Assembly: GCA_018509705.1 (NCBI GenBank)
Contig: GCA_018509705.1_3630.1
DNA: 64,000 nt
Strand: one strand, 5' to 3'
Origin: a phage
This document shows positions 46,259 through 55,688 of the stretch, piece after piece (the stretch's first letter is position 1; each line of letters opens with the position of its first letter). A model generated the notes under the pieces. That model was not told the origin of the DNA. It saw only the letters and a program-made list of their open reading frames with translations, and did no database searches. The position numbers were made by a program, and so were the translations under genes.

Positions 46259-46474
46259 ATGAAGATAGAAATATTTGGTGGAGCTGACAACACTCGTGGC
46301 CTGATTTACCTTGAGTTCGATGAATCATACCTGCCAGAGGTGTTAAATATGGACTCTGTTGCTGATGCTTTGGGAGTAAGTCCTAAAGATCTCTACTCTG
46401 GTGCTGAGATTGATGGTTGGGAGGAGACCATGAACATTGATTTCAGTGAAGTAGGTGATGAACCACTGGACTGA
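46259..46474 (+). CDS. small acidic protein, family-A-like; last plus-strand gene before the non-coding hub
   Basis: MKIEIFGG..., GGAGA RBS. Confidence 0.4.
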   Translation: MKIEIFGGADNTRGLIYLEFDESYLPEVLNMDSVADALGVSPKDLYSGAEIDGWEETMNIDFSEVGDEPLD

Positions 46475-47235
46475 CACACAATTAGCTACCCGGCTAAAGT
46501 GCTGGGAGCACCTATAACACATCTTTCAACTAAATTTCCCACCACCACAATCACTTACCTCCCACACATGACTGTTTGCTTGTTTAGTGAGCAGTCATGC
46601 CTTGACATTCTTGCCTATCCTGATAAAATTAAGTTCTTCTCTTTTCTTTTACCGAGTAATTCGGGTTTTCTGTTCTCTTCGGTTTGAAGGGGGTATGGAG
46701 ATACACCTGAGTGAACAGGGTGAACAACCGAACCATTGGCTATGGCATTAGCATGGCGAAGCGGACGGGTGACGAAAGAGGGGCCGGAGGACACCAGTCA
46801 CTGCCATATGATATATGGGTGATAACCTGAAGAATCTGAATAAGTGTTTAAGTACCAGTCAGAGGAAAAGGTGAATGGTAGCTGAAGGGGAGGGGGGTTT
46901 CTTGTATCTTTAATTTGTATATTATGTATACACTTGTAAACCAATTTCATCTGAATCTGTTTACCACACAAAGTGGATAGAGACAAATATTACCTATTAA
47001 ACTTGAATTATTTATAGAAAATACCACAACACCACTTAAGTCTTTGATTTTACACACAAATCCTGCAGATATTCAACCTCCATATTTAACATACTTGTAA
47101 CATATTCCATACTCTACCTGCCTGATCAATTTCCCCAACTACATCCCCCATATTTTCCCTGTCTGTACTACCCCTGCCCCGCCGGGAGTCCCGTCATATC
47201 TGGCTTTCCAGCAAATATCACACCCACAAATATCA

Positions 47236-47290
47236 TTGCCTGAAGAGGGTTTCATCCCATAATACCTGCCTTGCCTGAAGAGGGTTTCAT
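47236..47290. repeat. 20-bp direct repeat x2 (TTGCCTGAAGAGGGTTTCAT), 15-bp spacer
   Basis: Copies at 47236-47255 and 47271-47290. Confidence 0.7.
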
Positions 47291-47957
47291 ACGCCACGTA
47301 AATTTTTTAATTGACCCCTCCCCGCCGCCGGAAAGGTTGGCTTTTCTCGCACAGACCTGAAGAGTCAGCCAGAAATATCTGAATAGGCCCAATTCTACCC
47401 CGATTTTGACCTGACCTACAGGAGCGCTGCCCTGTCAGGAGCCGTAGCGACTGGAGTGCTGCCAGGCGGACGAAATGGGAATACTTCTCATTCTTATAAC
47501 AATTCTCAAATATCGAGGCAGTGAGGCAAATTAATAGGCCAGGCCGTTCACACAGTGGCACAACATTTGCAACCTATCCTGTGGGGATGAATGAGAATAC
47601 CTATCATTGTGAGAACCATTATCATTACGGGCAATTTAACATAATACCCATTATGCGCACCACTGGCGATACATACAGGGATTGATAACATGGGTTACTG
47701 TTTACGCACATAACAATTATATTTCTTACCATTTGTGTGGGATATAGTTAGCAGCCGATAGATTAGATATTAACCTGCAGACTTCTGACCGTCCAGACGT
47801 CTAAACGCCCACACACCAAGGATTATACATACACTCCTGAATGTAAACAGGGCCGCAAAAATGCTACCATACAAGCTTGTAAATTTTTCATGCAGCACTT
47901 GACAAAGAGGAGAAAAACTTGTCTGACATAATGTGACCTAACTGACACAACATGACA

Positions 47958-48048
47958 CTTTTACACACCTATTAGTTTACACACTGGATTGTTTACATTC
48001 CTGATTGTTCACATGCTAACCATTTACATGATTGACTGTTTACACACC
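47958..48048. repeat. Iteron array: six TTTACA/TTCACA-centred repeats with 15-16 bp periodicity
   Basis: Motif recurs at about 47961, 47977, 47993, 48008, 48024, 48040. Confidence 0.6.
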
Positions 48049-48057
48049 GATAATCAG

Positions 48058-48307
48058 CCATGCCATTCGTTTGCATGACAATAATTATACATGACAATAA
48101 TCGCACTGATTATAATTAGCATGACATAATATAAAAGCAGGGCAACTATTAGCAGATCTATAGTTGCCTTGCTTGTCATGTCATGATTAACTAAATACAA
48201 GGCAACTATGATCTGATTAATAGTTTGCAGACAAACTATCACGGGGGTGATGGTTACTGCTTTTATATTATGTCGCGACTCCGTCGCGCCATGCCATTCG
48301 TTTGCAT
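48058..48307. repeat. Composite element: perfect 19-bp direct repeats flanking a 212-bp AT-rich core full of inverted repeats
   Basis: CCATGCCATTCGTTTGCAT at 48058-48076 and 48289-48307; inner palindromes GGCAACTAT-N11-ATAGTTGCC and ACATAATATAAAAGCAG/CTGCTTTTATATTATGT. Confidence 0.6.
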
Positions 48308-48921
48308 AGTTGCCTTATTGTTACAGATAAAATAATTGTATTGTTAATTATTTCTTATCTTTCTATTAGTCATCTAATGATTTCAGTTAATATAGTAACG
48401 TACAGTAAACATTAGACGACTAAAGATTTCTCTGCTTATGGTAACCTAACGTGACAATTCCAGACTGTTTACGAAAAATGTTGACACCTGGGCCGATTTA
48501 TGTTATGCAGTTTACACGAATAATTATTTTATGCAGGTATTGACTATTCCGTTATTCTATGGTTGGAATAAATGCTTAGCAGGCTATAGAATGGCGAGCG
48601 TACGTAAATTCTGAGATCTGGCGGCTATAGTTATACTCGATTTTTCACGTAGAAAACGCTTTTGTAGTTATGTAAGTGTATGACTTATAAAGATTTTTAG
48701 TTGTTGACAAGCTATTGAAGATATGCATCAGGTTAAATTTTGTGCAAATGCTGCATTATGTGCAATTTTGGAAGGAAAAACGTGTAAAAATGGCCCTGCT
48801 ACCACACAATGAAAAATTATGCAATAGTTATTTTATATGTATGTTTGTACAGTGGGGTTAATTGCTGGCTTGTTGATTATTCCATTTGCCAGGCGGGGCC
48901 ATTTGTGGTAGGAAAAGAGGA

Positions 48922-48950
48922 GACAAAAAGAAAGGGGCTTTAAGCCCCTG
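48922..48950 (-). terminator. Rho-independent terminator closing the minus-strand early block
   Basis: AGGGGCTTTAAGCCCCT hairpin followed by T-run on minus strand. Confidence 0.6.
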
Positions 48951-48968
48951 ACCGTGCACCTTGTTGTA

Positions 48969-49233
48969 TTATTTGTTGCTCATCCAGTTTTCCCAAGCTG
49001 CCTGATAATCTGCCTCACTACGGCGGATCTCTTCTTGCTCTTCAAGGCGGATCTCTTCTTCCAGGTACCCCAAGATGTCAGCCTTTTTGGTCTGGCGTAA
49101 CATCCAATCATCTTTTTTACGAGTGAAGATCTTATAAGCTTTCTCGCAAACCTCTTTTTTGCTACCTTTCTGGACTTCAAGAATTCTGTAGGCCATGTAC
49201 TGAACTAATTTAAGCTGATCCAGACGTTTCATG
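48969..49233 (-). CDS. hypothetical protein
   Basis: AAGAGGA RBS before ATG 49233. Confidence 0.45.
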
Positions 49234-49293
49234 ATGTTTTCCTCTTTATGTGGTCCTGGTTTAGTGGGCCTTTTGGCCCGTGTCATTATCTTA

Positions 49294-49566
49294 TTACTTA
49301 TGGCGGCAGAATTCAAGTGTTTTTAATTGATAATCTTCCTCAGCCTGGAGTACGACCGCCTCGATCATTTCGTTGGCATTGTTAAAGCCATAACCTTTAG
49401 CGAACTCATCCGCGCCACCTTCGTGATCATGTTCTGCGTTCATCGCTTCCACAAAATGGAATTCCAAATTGTTGAGGTAGGGGCTTGATGTGCCGTCTTC
49501 TTTTTCGATGAGATCCCAAATAGCATTAAAACGTGATTCGACTTCTTGATTAATCCAGCTTGACAT
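49294..49566 (-). CDS. hypothetical acidic protein
   Basis: ORF track; leader hairpin GGGCAAAAGTGCCC upstream. Confidence 0.45.
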   Translation of the reverse strand: MSSWINQEVESRFNAIWDLIEKEDGTSSPYLNNLEFHFVEAMNAEHDHEGGADEFAKGYGFNNANEMIEAVVLQAEEDYQLKTLEFCRHK

Positions 49567-49777
49567 AGTGTTTTCCTCTCTCCTGGTTATTGTGTGGGCA
49601 CTTTTGCCCCTTCAAGATAAATGTTACCCCACCCCATGGCAGATGTCAACGGTTTTTATAGTTCTTATATGACAGGCAGGCCCGGTGATTGTCTCCACCC
49701 GTCGCCAGGTGCCTGCCGTGAAACAAGTATAACAAAAAACAGGACCATTGCAAGCCCTGTTTTGTAGTTTATAAGGA

Positions 49778-49969
49778 TTATATTTTTTCGCCTATGTAGT
49801 CCGGTCGGTTTTTCTCTGTCATGCGCTTGAGCAATTCTTGCATGTTGCTTATGGCTTGCAGTGTATCCCCTTCCAGACTTGAATCAACATAATCAGGATC
49901 GTCTATAACCTTTCTATGATTATGATAACGCAGTACCGCCAATACCTTTCTAACTTGTTCGATATTCAT
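49778..49969 (-). CDS. hypothetical small protein
   Basis: ORF track. Confidence 0.4.
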   Translation of the reverse strand: MNIEQVRKVLAVLRYHNHRKVIDDPDYVDSSLEGDTLQAISNMQELLKRMTEKNRPDYIGEKI

Positions 49970-49981
49970 TTTTATCGCTCT

Positions 49982-50115
49982 TTAAAACAAGGTGCCAACC
50001 GTTCCCAATAGATCACTGACTACCAGGACAATACTGATCAGCACATACCTAACCATAAGGGGAAAGAGCGCCAGCGATCCAGCCACAATCCCCAAGGTGA
50101 TGATTATCTTTCTCA
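49982..50115 (-). CDS. micro-ORF, 44-aa hydrophobic peptide
   Basis: MRKIIITLGIVAGSLALFPLMV...; start next to upstream stop. Confidence 0.3.
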
Positions 50116-50118
50116 TGG

Positions 50119-50403
50119 TTAACGGTTTACGTAAGCTTTACCGTTTACGGTGATGGGCAGATCTTCCAGGTCTGGATCTTCCTTAAGGTCGCGAGCAAGC
50201 TCACCGCACCGGATACCCTCGAATCCGTAGTACTCTGTTGTGCCGTCATTAAAAGTTTTAGCGGCAAGGCATAAGCGATAAGTAACCCAGATTTGATTGA
50301 CGGCATGGATATCCGTTAGATTAACCTCTTTTGCCAGCTCTTTAGCCATTACAGGCGCATTAAGTCCAACAACCAGGGCAACTACTGCGATCATCTTTTT
50401 CAT
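50119..50403 (-). CDS. small secreted/periplasmic protein
   Basis: Signal peptide MKKMIAVVALVVGLNAPVMA; two Cys in mature part. Confidence 0.45.
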   Translation of the reverse strand: MKKMIAVVALVVGLNAPVMAKELAKEVNLTDIHAVNQIWVTYRLCLAAKTFNDGTTEYYGFEGIRCGELARDLKEDPDLEDLPITVNGKAYVNR

Positions 50404-50494
50404 TGTGTCTAGCCTCTTTCTGCTACGTTTAAGGCGGCGGTAACCGCCTGTTTATGATTTATTGGTTAATTTTCAGGTATCGCTATAAATTAAA

Positions 50495-50719
50495 CTATGC
50501 TGTACGCTCAACTATAACAACGGTTTGAGGGATCTCACCTTCCACCACTATCAAGGCCTTTTTCTGCGTGATGGATATCTTTACCCGTTGCAGCGTGGCG
50601 GTGAAGTCTTTCATTTCGTCACGTGGTGTTTTAGTGCAATGCCAGATCTCAGGCTTACCTATTTGCAAGCCGCGTAAAAATTCTGTTTTACCTGTCTTAT
50701 TCGTGATCATTTGATTCAC
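50495..50719 (-). CDS. hypothetical small protein
   Basis: ORF track. Confidence 0.4.
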   Translation of the reverse strand: MNQMITNKTGKTEFLRGLQIGKPEIWHCTKTPRDEMKDFTATLQRVKISITQKKALIVVEGEIPQTVVIVERTA

Positions 50720-50720
50720 C

Positions 50721-50825
50721 TTAACCGATACCGTGGGAAGATAGGATCATGTTAGCCATAGTTGCAACCACTCCAACCGATAATGCCAGGCCAACTACTA
50801 CAACCGTGAAAATTTTCTCTAACAT
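50721..50825 (-). CDS. micro-ORF, 34-aa hydrophobic peptide
   Basis: GAGGGTAG RBS; MLEKIFTVVVVGLALSVGVVATMANMILSSHGIG. Confidence 0.3.
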   Translation of the reverse strand: MLEKIFTVVVVGLALSVGVVATMANMILSSHGIG

Positions 50826-50908
50826 GATTCTACCCTCATTAATGGGCGTTGCCTTATTGCCCCGCCCTACGAAATACAGTCTATCAAGTAATAAACTATT
50901 GTCAAGAT

Positions 50909-51046
50909 TTATTTTACTTCCCAAACGGAAAATTCACTACCTGGCGGAATCATCTTTTTAATCTTGTTTGCTGCTGCTACCAGATCCACGGCTTGTACTG
51001 TAATAATATAACCAATTGTCGAGGCTGTTGCGTTGAAAGTTTTCAT
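50909..51046 (-). CDS. micro-ORF, 45-aa peptide
   Basis: Downstream of leader hairpin GGCGGGAAGTATTCCCGCG; RBS GAGGGT. Confidence 0.3.
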   Translation of the reverse strand: MKTFNATASTIGYIITVQAVDLVAAANKIKKMIPPGSEFSVWEVK

Positions 51047-51129
51047 TAAATTACCCTCATTAATGGCGGGAAGTATTCCCGCGCTATGTAGTACACTTTA
51101 CCAGATTGTTGACTGTTGTCAAACTATTT

Positions 51130-51307
51130 TAACGATAATCATCATATGCTTTATTGACCTGGCGAATATAACATTCAAAAGCTAGATCAATAGATTTATA
51201 TTCACGGATATATTCACCATAGGAAACCACATACATTTCTATAGCTTCCTCATATGCGAGGAGAATAGAATCTAAGCCTACGATCTCAGTCTTTGCAATA
51301 ATAGCCA
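51130..51307 (-). CDS. hypothetical small protein (59 aa)
   Basis: MAIIAKTEIVGLDSILLAYEEAIEMYVVSYGEYIREYKSIDLAFE...; below track length cutoff. Confidence 0.35.
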
Positions 51308-51383
51308 TGATTTTTATCCTCTTTGTGGTTGGTGGGGCTTGTTGCCCCCTTTGATTTATATTCTACAGTCTTATAAGGTCATG

Positions 51384-51617
51384 TCAACTATTTTCAAAAA
51401 ATTTTTCTGCTGTAATATTTTTCCCGGTAGGGTTCGCTACTTTCAAAATTTTATCATGCACTGGACGCCCAAAAGAATAAGCGCCGTACACAGTGCACCA
51501 ATAATCGCCGTCAGGCTGTACTATTACAGCCGCATAGGGTACGCCTTTTTCGTTTTTGCTGACAAAATAGATCACGTTGCCATTAATAGCCTCGGCGCGT
51601 TTAATTTGTTCCATCAT
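51384..51617 (-). CDS. hypothetical small protein
   Basis: ORF track. Confidence 0.4.
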   Translation of the reverse strand: MMEQIKRAEAINGNVIYFVSKNEKGVPYAAVIVQPDGDYWCTVYGAYSFGRPVHDKILKVANPTGKNITAEKFFENS

Positions 51618-51673
51618 GATGATTTGCCTCTCTTTATTTTCATAATTGGGGGGCCTTTTCGGCCCCGCCAGGT

Positions 51674-51958
51674 TTATTTATTGATAGCGTGCAGCGGGAA
51701 AGGTACGCCAGGTTGATAGATAACTTTTACAACCTCATCAGAGCAAAAGAAATTACAAAATTCACCCTGATAAGCCTCATCCTCTTTTAATTCTTCATCA
51801 ACATACTGGAAAAAGTAGTCAATGCTTGGATAATCCTGACCGGGATTATATTCAACCATGGTTAATAACAATTCTTGATCATTCCGTATGATATGCATAC
51901 CAGCTTTTAAGTATTTGGCTTCCATTTCTACTACATCGCCAACGGTAACAATAGCCAT
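51674..51958 (-). CDS. hypothetical acidic protein
   Basis: ORF track. Confidence 0.4.
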   Translation of the reverse strand: MAIVTVGDVVEMEAKYLKAGMHIIRNDQELLLTMVEYNPGQDYPSIDYFFQYVDEELKEDEAYQGEFCNFFCSDEVVKVIYQPGVPFPLHAINK

Positions 51959-52164
51959 GGTTTTAACTCCTATCTATCCGGTTAATGATTGGAGGCCTCA
52001 CCGCCCCCCGACACCCTTTATTATCCATATTGTAGGACTTGATGCAAGTACTTCTTTAAAAATTTTTTAAGCGCCTTGGGGGCCGCTGTAACGCCAAAAT
52101 AATAAAGGCTATGCAACCGCATAGCCTTTATGTGATTATATCGCTGCAGGCCCTGCCAGGGGCC

Positions 52165-52515
52165 TTATTTTGCATTCTTTCCTATATTGCCGCTACGGTA
52201 CCAGCGTTTACGGTGAAAATGGTAATAATCACCATCGGCATTAAACATCAGATGATTTTCAATAACCAGCTTACGAAGGTGGGCCGGATCTTGTTCCATT
52301 CTTGCCAGATTCTGGCGGCTGTTACGTAAGCGGATAAATTCTATATTCAGGCCGTTGATTGCAGCATGGATGTCAAAGTAACCACCTTTGAGACGTTCAC
52401 GCATGGCGTTAAGCTCAACACAATATACAGATTTCTCACAAATCAAGGTATTAGCCAGGGCGCGGACCTGGGCAAGAGGGTTAAGCTCATTAAGGTAATA
52501 TAGTTTTACTTTCAT
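52165..52515 (-). CDS. hypothetical protein
   Basis: ORF track. Confidence 0.4.
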   Translation of the reverse strand: MKVKLYYLNELNPLAQVRALANTLICEKSVYCVELNAMRERLKGGYFDIHAAINGLNIEFIRLRNSRQNLARMEQDPAHLRKLVIENHLMFNADGDYYHFHRKRWYRSGNIGKNAK

Positions 52516-52532
52516 AAAATCACCTGCTGAAA

Positions 52533-52853
52533 TTAGTTTGAGAAAACATCGTTCACAATAGCGATCACAATGCCGCCCACCTTGTCACGGTCAACAATGC
52601 ACAAATCACCATAGATCATGTGGTAGTCTGGATGATCTTTGACGGAATAGTCGATAAGTGTTTTCTTGTCATCCAGCTTACTAACTTCCATTCTCATAAC
52701 GATATGAGAATCATCAAAGGCATTATTCCGAAAAGTCATAACCTGACCGCCAGGGCACCCGGTGATTTCCACCTCCACGCCGTCTACGATCTGACCATCA
52801 AAGAAATAAAGATTATTAGCCTGGATAAACATGATCATTACTCCTTTTTGCAC
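52533..52853 (-). CDS. hypothetical protein
   Basis: ORF track; AAAAGGAG RBS. Confidence 0.4.
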   Translation of the reverse strand: MQKGVMIMFIQANNLYFFDGQIVDGVEVEITGCPGGQVMTFRNNAFDDSHIVMRMEVSKLDDKKTLIDYSVKDHPDYHMIYGDLCIVDRDKVGGIVIAIVNDVFSN

Positions 52854-52876
52854 TGATTATTTTAACAGGGTTTAAA

Positions 52877-52920
52877 TTTACTTTATTGATGGCCCTGGAG
52901 TCAAGGCCATCTAAAAATAA
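52877..52920 (-). promoter_or_regulatory. 44-bp conserved palindromic terminator-promoter element, copy 1 of 3
   Basis: Minus strand TTATTTTTAGATGGCC-TTGACTCCAG-GGCCATCAATAAAGTAAA directly after upstream stop; TTGACx hexamer in loop. Confidence 0.5.
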
Positions 52921-52923
52921 ATT

Positions 52924-53124
52924 TTACAGGCCTACAATCTCTTTAATTCGTTTTACTGCTGCCTCAGCGCCTTGAGGGTAAAAATTATGGTAACCAATCA
53001 CGCGAGTGATACTAATCGCCGTTTGATGATCTTCATAATCACCTTTAAAGATTTCTTGACCGTCAATCAGCACGGCAATTTTTTCTTCTTTTTTGAAGTT
53101 AATAACGCGGATATTGTTGCTCAT
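52924..53124 (-). CDS. hypothetical small protein
   Basis: ORF track; leader hairpin GGGGAGTGTCTCCCC upstream. Confidence 0.4.
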   Translation of the reverse strand: MSNNIRVINFKKEEKIAVLIDGQEIFKGDYEDHQTAISITRVIGYHNFYPQGAEAAVKRIKEIVGL

Positions 53125-53220
53125 TTTGTTTCTCCTTTTGGAACTTTGTCTATGCGGTGGGGAGTGTCTCCCCGTTGATTGTTATTATCCATATTCTGGA
53201 TCGGATTGCAACACTCAGGG

Positions 53221-53261
53221 AGAAAAAAATTTGAAAAGTTAGGCCCCCATGATCGGGGGCC
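53221..53261 (-). terminator. Rho-independent terminator (minus)
   Basis: GGCCCCCGATCATGGGGGCC hairpin followed by T-rich run on minus strand. Confidence 0.5.
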
Positions 53262-53265
53262 GTTC

Positions 53266-53385
53266 TTAGTTACTTACAGCGATAAAGTACATCCCTACGC
53301 CTAGCAATATTTCAAGGGCGATAATCTCAAGCCATACCATAACGCGGCGCACCTTATCGGTGCATGGCTTATCCTTGGTTGTCAT
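53266..53385 (-). CDS. micro-ORF, 39-aa membrane peptide
   Basis: Strong AAGGGGGAG RBS; MTTKDKPCTDKVRRVMVWLEIIALEILLGVGMYFIAVSN. Confidence 0.35.
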   Translation of the reverse strand: MTTKDKPCTDKVRRVMVWLEIIALEILLGVGMYFIAVSN

Positions 53386-53604
53386 CGTCTCCCCCTTTCC
53401 TTCTGGTAGTAGTGACGCGATCTACAATGGCCCCCAGGAGTCCTATCACGACACACACCACAAGAAAAATTATCTCCGCTGTTGTTCGATCCATTGTTAT
53501 AAAATTCCTCAAGATCAGGCCTGAAAATAAAGCGTTCGTTATTGAATCCATCCCGCCAGGCGGCTGGCTTCAAATCTTCACTAAAGGGGTTAATTAACGT
53601 GGCA

Positions 53605-54009
53605 TTATTTAAACGGCTGGTCCACATATTTTCTATTCCTCTCAAATAGGCGATCCGCCTCAGTTAAACAAATCTCATGGGCGTGATCTCTGGTTTTAGC
53701 TTCATCGAAAACCTGTTGTGCAAGGCTGCAACGTAGGGAGACTGGAAGATCACTATAATAGGCGTTGACAAACGTTTGAGCGTCGTACAGGTCTGAAAAT
53801 ACTTTACCCTTTCTATTATTCCCCTTGTCAACAATTGCAAGGATAACCAATACAATAGTTGCAACCACCCCCAGGAAAATAGATATAATAAACCATAAAA
53901 AGGCGGATCTTCCCATCTTGCCAGCGATCCAGGCGTTAAACAAGGCAACCAATACAGCCAAAATAATAAATTCCATTCTATGTACCTCTTTTACAGTTCT
54001 GATTAACAA
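53605..54009 (-). CDS. membrane protein (two TM helices)
   Basis: MEFIILAVLVALFNAWIAG and FLWFIISIFLGVVATIVLVILAIV. Confidence 0.45.
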   Translation of the reverse strand: MLIRTVKEVHRMEFIILAVLVALFNAWIAGKMGRSAFLWFIISIFLGVVATIVLVILAIVDKGNNRKGKVFSDLYDAQTFVNAYYSDLPVSLRCSLAQQVFDEAKTRDHAHEICLTEADRLFERNRKYVDQPFK

Positions 54010-54040
54010 TAAGGCGGCAAATATGCCGCCTGCTACCTGA

Positions 54041-54421
54041 TTAAAAATTATCGCCGTAAATCTTTCCGCTTTCTACCCATACCACCACGCGAGGCATACT
54101 ATCCCACACGTCTTGTTTTAGATTGAGCGCGTGCAATTCTTCGGTGGTGCTCATACCGGGCACGGGCTGATTGTATACTGCAAAACGACCGCCTGCATAA
54201 TCATAGGCCAGGGTTAAATCACACTGGATCATCTTTTTGATCATGGCATTAAGCATGGCGTTAGCCGCATATTGATCACGTTTTAAAGGCAACTCTTTGA
54301 TTAGTTTGCGATAGTTTTCGATATGGTCGCACACTGTTTCACGAGGAAGATCTTTCATATCTTCACGGAATGTAACCAGGTTAAACATAACGGTGTCAAT
54401 AGCCTTGGTAGTGTTTTTCAT
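54041..54421 (-). CDS. hypothetical protein
   Basis: ORF track. Confidence 0.45.
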   Translation of the reverse strand: MKNTTKAIDTVMFNLVTFREDMKDLPRETVCDHIENYRKLIKELPLKRDQYAANAMLNAMIKKMIQCDLTLAYDYAGGRFAVYNQPVPGMSTTEELHALNLKQDVWDSMPRVVVWVESGKIYGDNF

Positions 54422-54511
54422 GATGTTATCCTCTTTGTTTTGTGTTGGGGCAAACGTCTTGCCACCTTGAGTTTTAATATAGCAGGTTTTTAGGTTATTG
54501 CAACACTTTAT

Positions 54512-54889
54512 TTATGAAAAAGTCATCTCACCATATTCATCGACATCAAACCGCCAATCATTGGCCTCGATAAGGCCGATCAGGTTTTCTGCGGTGAACT
54601 GTTCTAGATAGGCCTCCTCCAGGTCTACGTAAACCTTGCGGGATAGCTCCCGTACCGTCTCGGTGATCAGTTCTTCCAGGTCTTCCACTTTGTTTTCTTG
54701 TTTGGCGGTCAGATCTAGCCAAGTGGTATCAATGTACCCGCTTACAGTGTTTTCATGGCTGTAATGGCTGTACTTGTCGCGTTCAACACTGGCTGATAAC
54801 TCGCCATCGTGCATTGTGCCGAACAAGTGACGAATTGATCGGAACTTGGTCAGGGCCTTTACTTTACGCAAAAATTTTTCTAAATCCAC
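54512..54889 (-). CDS. hypothetical acidic protein
   Basis: ORF track. Confidence 0.45.
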   Translation of the reverse strand: MDLEKFLRKVKALTKFRSIRHLFGTMHDGELSASVERDKYSHYSHENTVSGYIDTTWLDLTAKQENKVEDLEELITETVRELSRKVYVDLEEAYLEQFTAENLIGLIEANDWRFDVDEYGEMTFS

Positions 54890-54946
54890 GTTTTCAGCAC
54901 TGATTGACGCGCCGTCACCCTGGCACCAAAAGCCTGACCAATGTAC

Positions 54947-55135
54947 TTAGGTATCTTCAAGGCCATACTCTGGAAAAACATATTCTTTATAGTATTCAAT
55001 TACACTTTCTGCAAAAAAGTTATCCCCGCTGTGTTCTTCTCTTTCGCGGACCATTTCAACGGCTTTTTCTTTTTGTTCGTCGGTCAGCACGTCGAAAGAT
55101 AAATTGTAACCTGCGGTAATGTTAACGGTGGTCAT
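54947..55135 (-). CDS. hypothetical small acidic protein
   Basis: ORF track; AGGAGAA RBS. Confidence 0.4.
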   Translation of the reverse strand: MTTVNITAGYNLSFDVLTDEQKEKAVEMVREREEHSGDNFFAESVIEYYKEYVFPEYGLEDT

Positions 55136-55163
55136 GATATTTTCTCCTATTTTCTTTGTTAGT

Positions 55164-55220
55164 GGCGGGAAGTTTTCCCGCCTGTGTGTTTAAGTATACT
55201 TATTGAGGCTTACTTGTCAA
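55164..55220 (-). promoter_or_regulatory. promoter (TTGACA-16-TATACT) followed by conserved leader hairpin GGCGGGAAAACTTCCCGCC
   Basis: Read on minus strand; hairpin at 55164-55182. Confidence 0.5.
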
Positions 55221-55470
55221 CACTATTTTTTAAATTATTGTGGCGCAAAATGTTTAAAATCTCCTCAACGTCATCAACACGGCGGCAATTTTTAAACGCT
55301 ACCAATTGCCCCATGATTTTAATCACTGGGCGGCCTTGCCAGTGCCCCTGAAGAAAGCGCGCCCTGACTTTATCGGTGGAACTATCACGCCACCAAATAG
55401 CCTTGTTGTTGCAGTAGTAAAAATTATTCAGGATAACATCAACTTTATCAAAATTTTTTAATTTACGCAT
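55210..55470 (-). CDS. hypothetical protein
   Basis: ORF track; TTGACA-16-TATACT about 40 nt upstream. Confidence 0.4.
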   Translation of the reverse strand: MRKLKNFDKVDVILNNFYYCNNKAIWWRDSSTDKVRARFLQGHWQGRPVIKIMGQLVAFKNCRRVDDVEEILNILRHNNLKNSVDK

Positions 55471-55651
55471 GGCGTTTACTCCTTTCTCTCTTTGATGTGG
55501 TTAGTATAGCTAACCTGTTGACGATGTCAATGATATTTTTAACGCCATGAAACGGCCCTGGGCGATGTTTTCAGGTTAAAGGGGGCGATTGCATAGGTGG
55601 GGGCCTTTTTGGCGCTTACAGGGCCAACCAGGGGCGCTATTCGTAGGATAG

Positions 55652-55681
55652 AAATAAAAAGCCCCGCACAATGGCGGGGCG
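55652..55681 (-). terminator. Rho-independent terminator (minus)
   Basis: GCCCCGCCATTGTGCGGGGC hairpin plus T-run on minus strand. Confidence 0.6.
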
Positions 55682-55688
55682 TTGGTTG

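Noticed and set aside
48310-48960. Several TTGACA/TTGACT hexamers as plus-strand promoters
   Set aside because: No convincing -10 at 16-18 bp spacing and no downstream plus-strand gene; could be regulator binding sites or chance matches in AT-rich DNA.
53369-53645. Two overlapping minus-strand ORFs (60 and 87 aa)
   Set aside because: Mutually exclusive frames with weak starts; the short membrane ORF at 53266-53385 with a strong RBS is the better-supported call; the remainder left unannotated.
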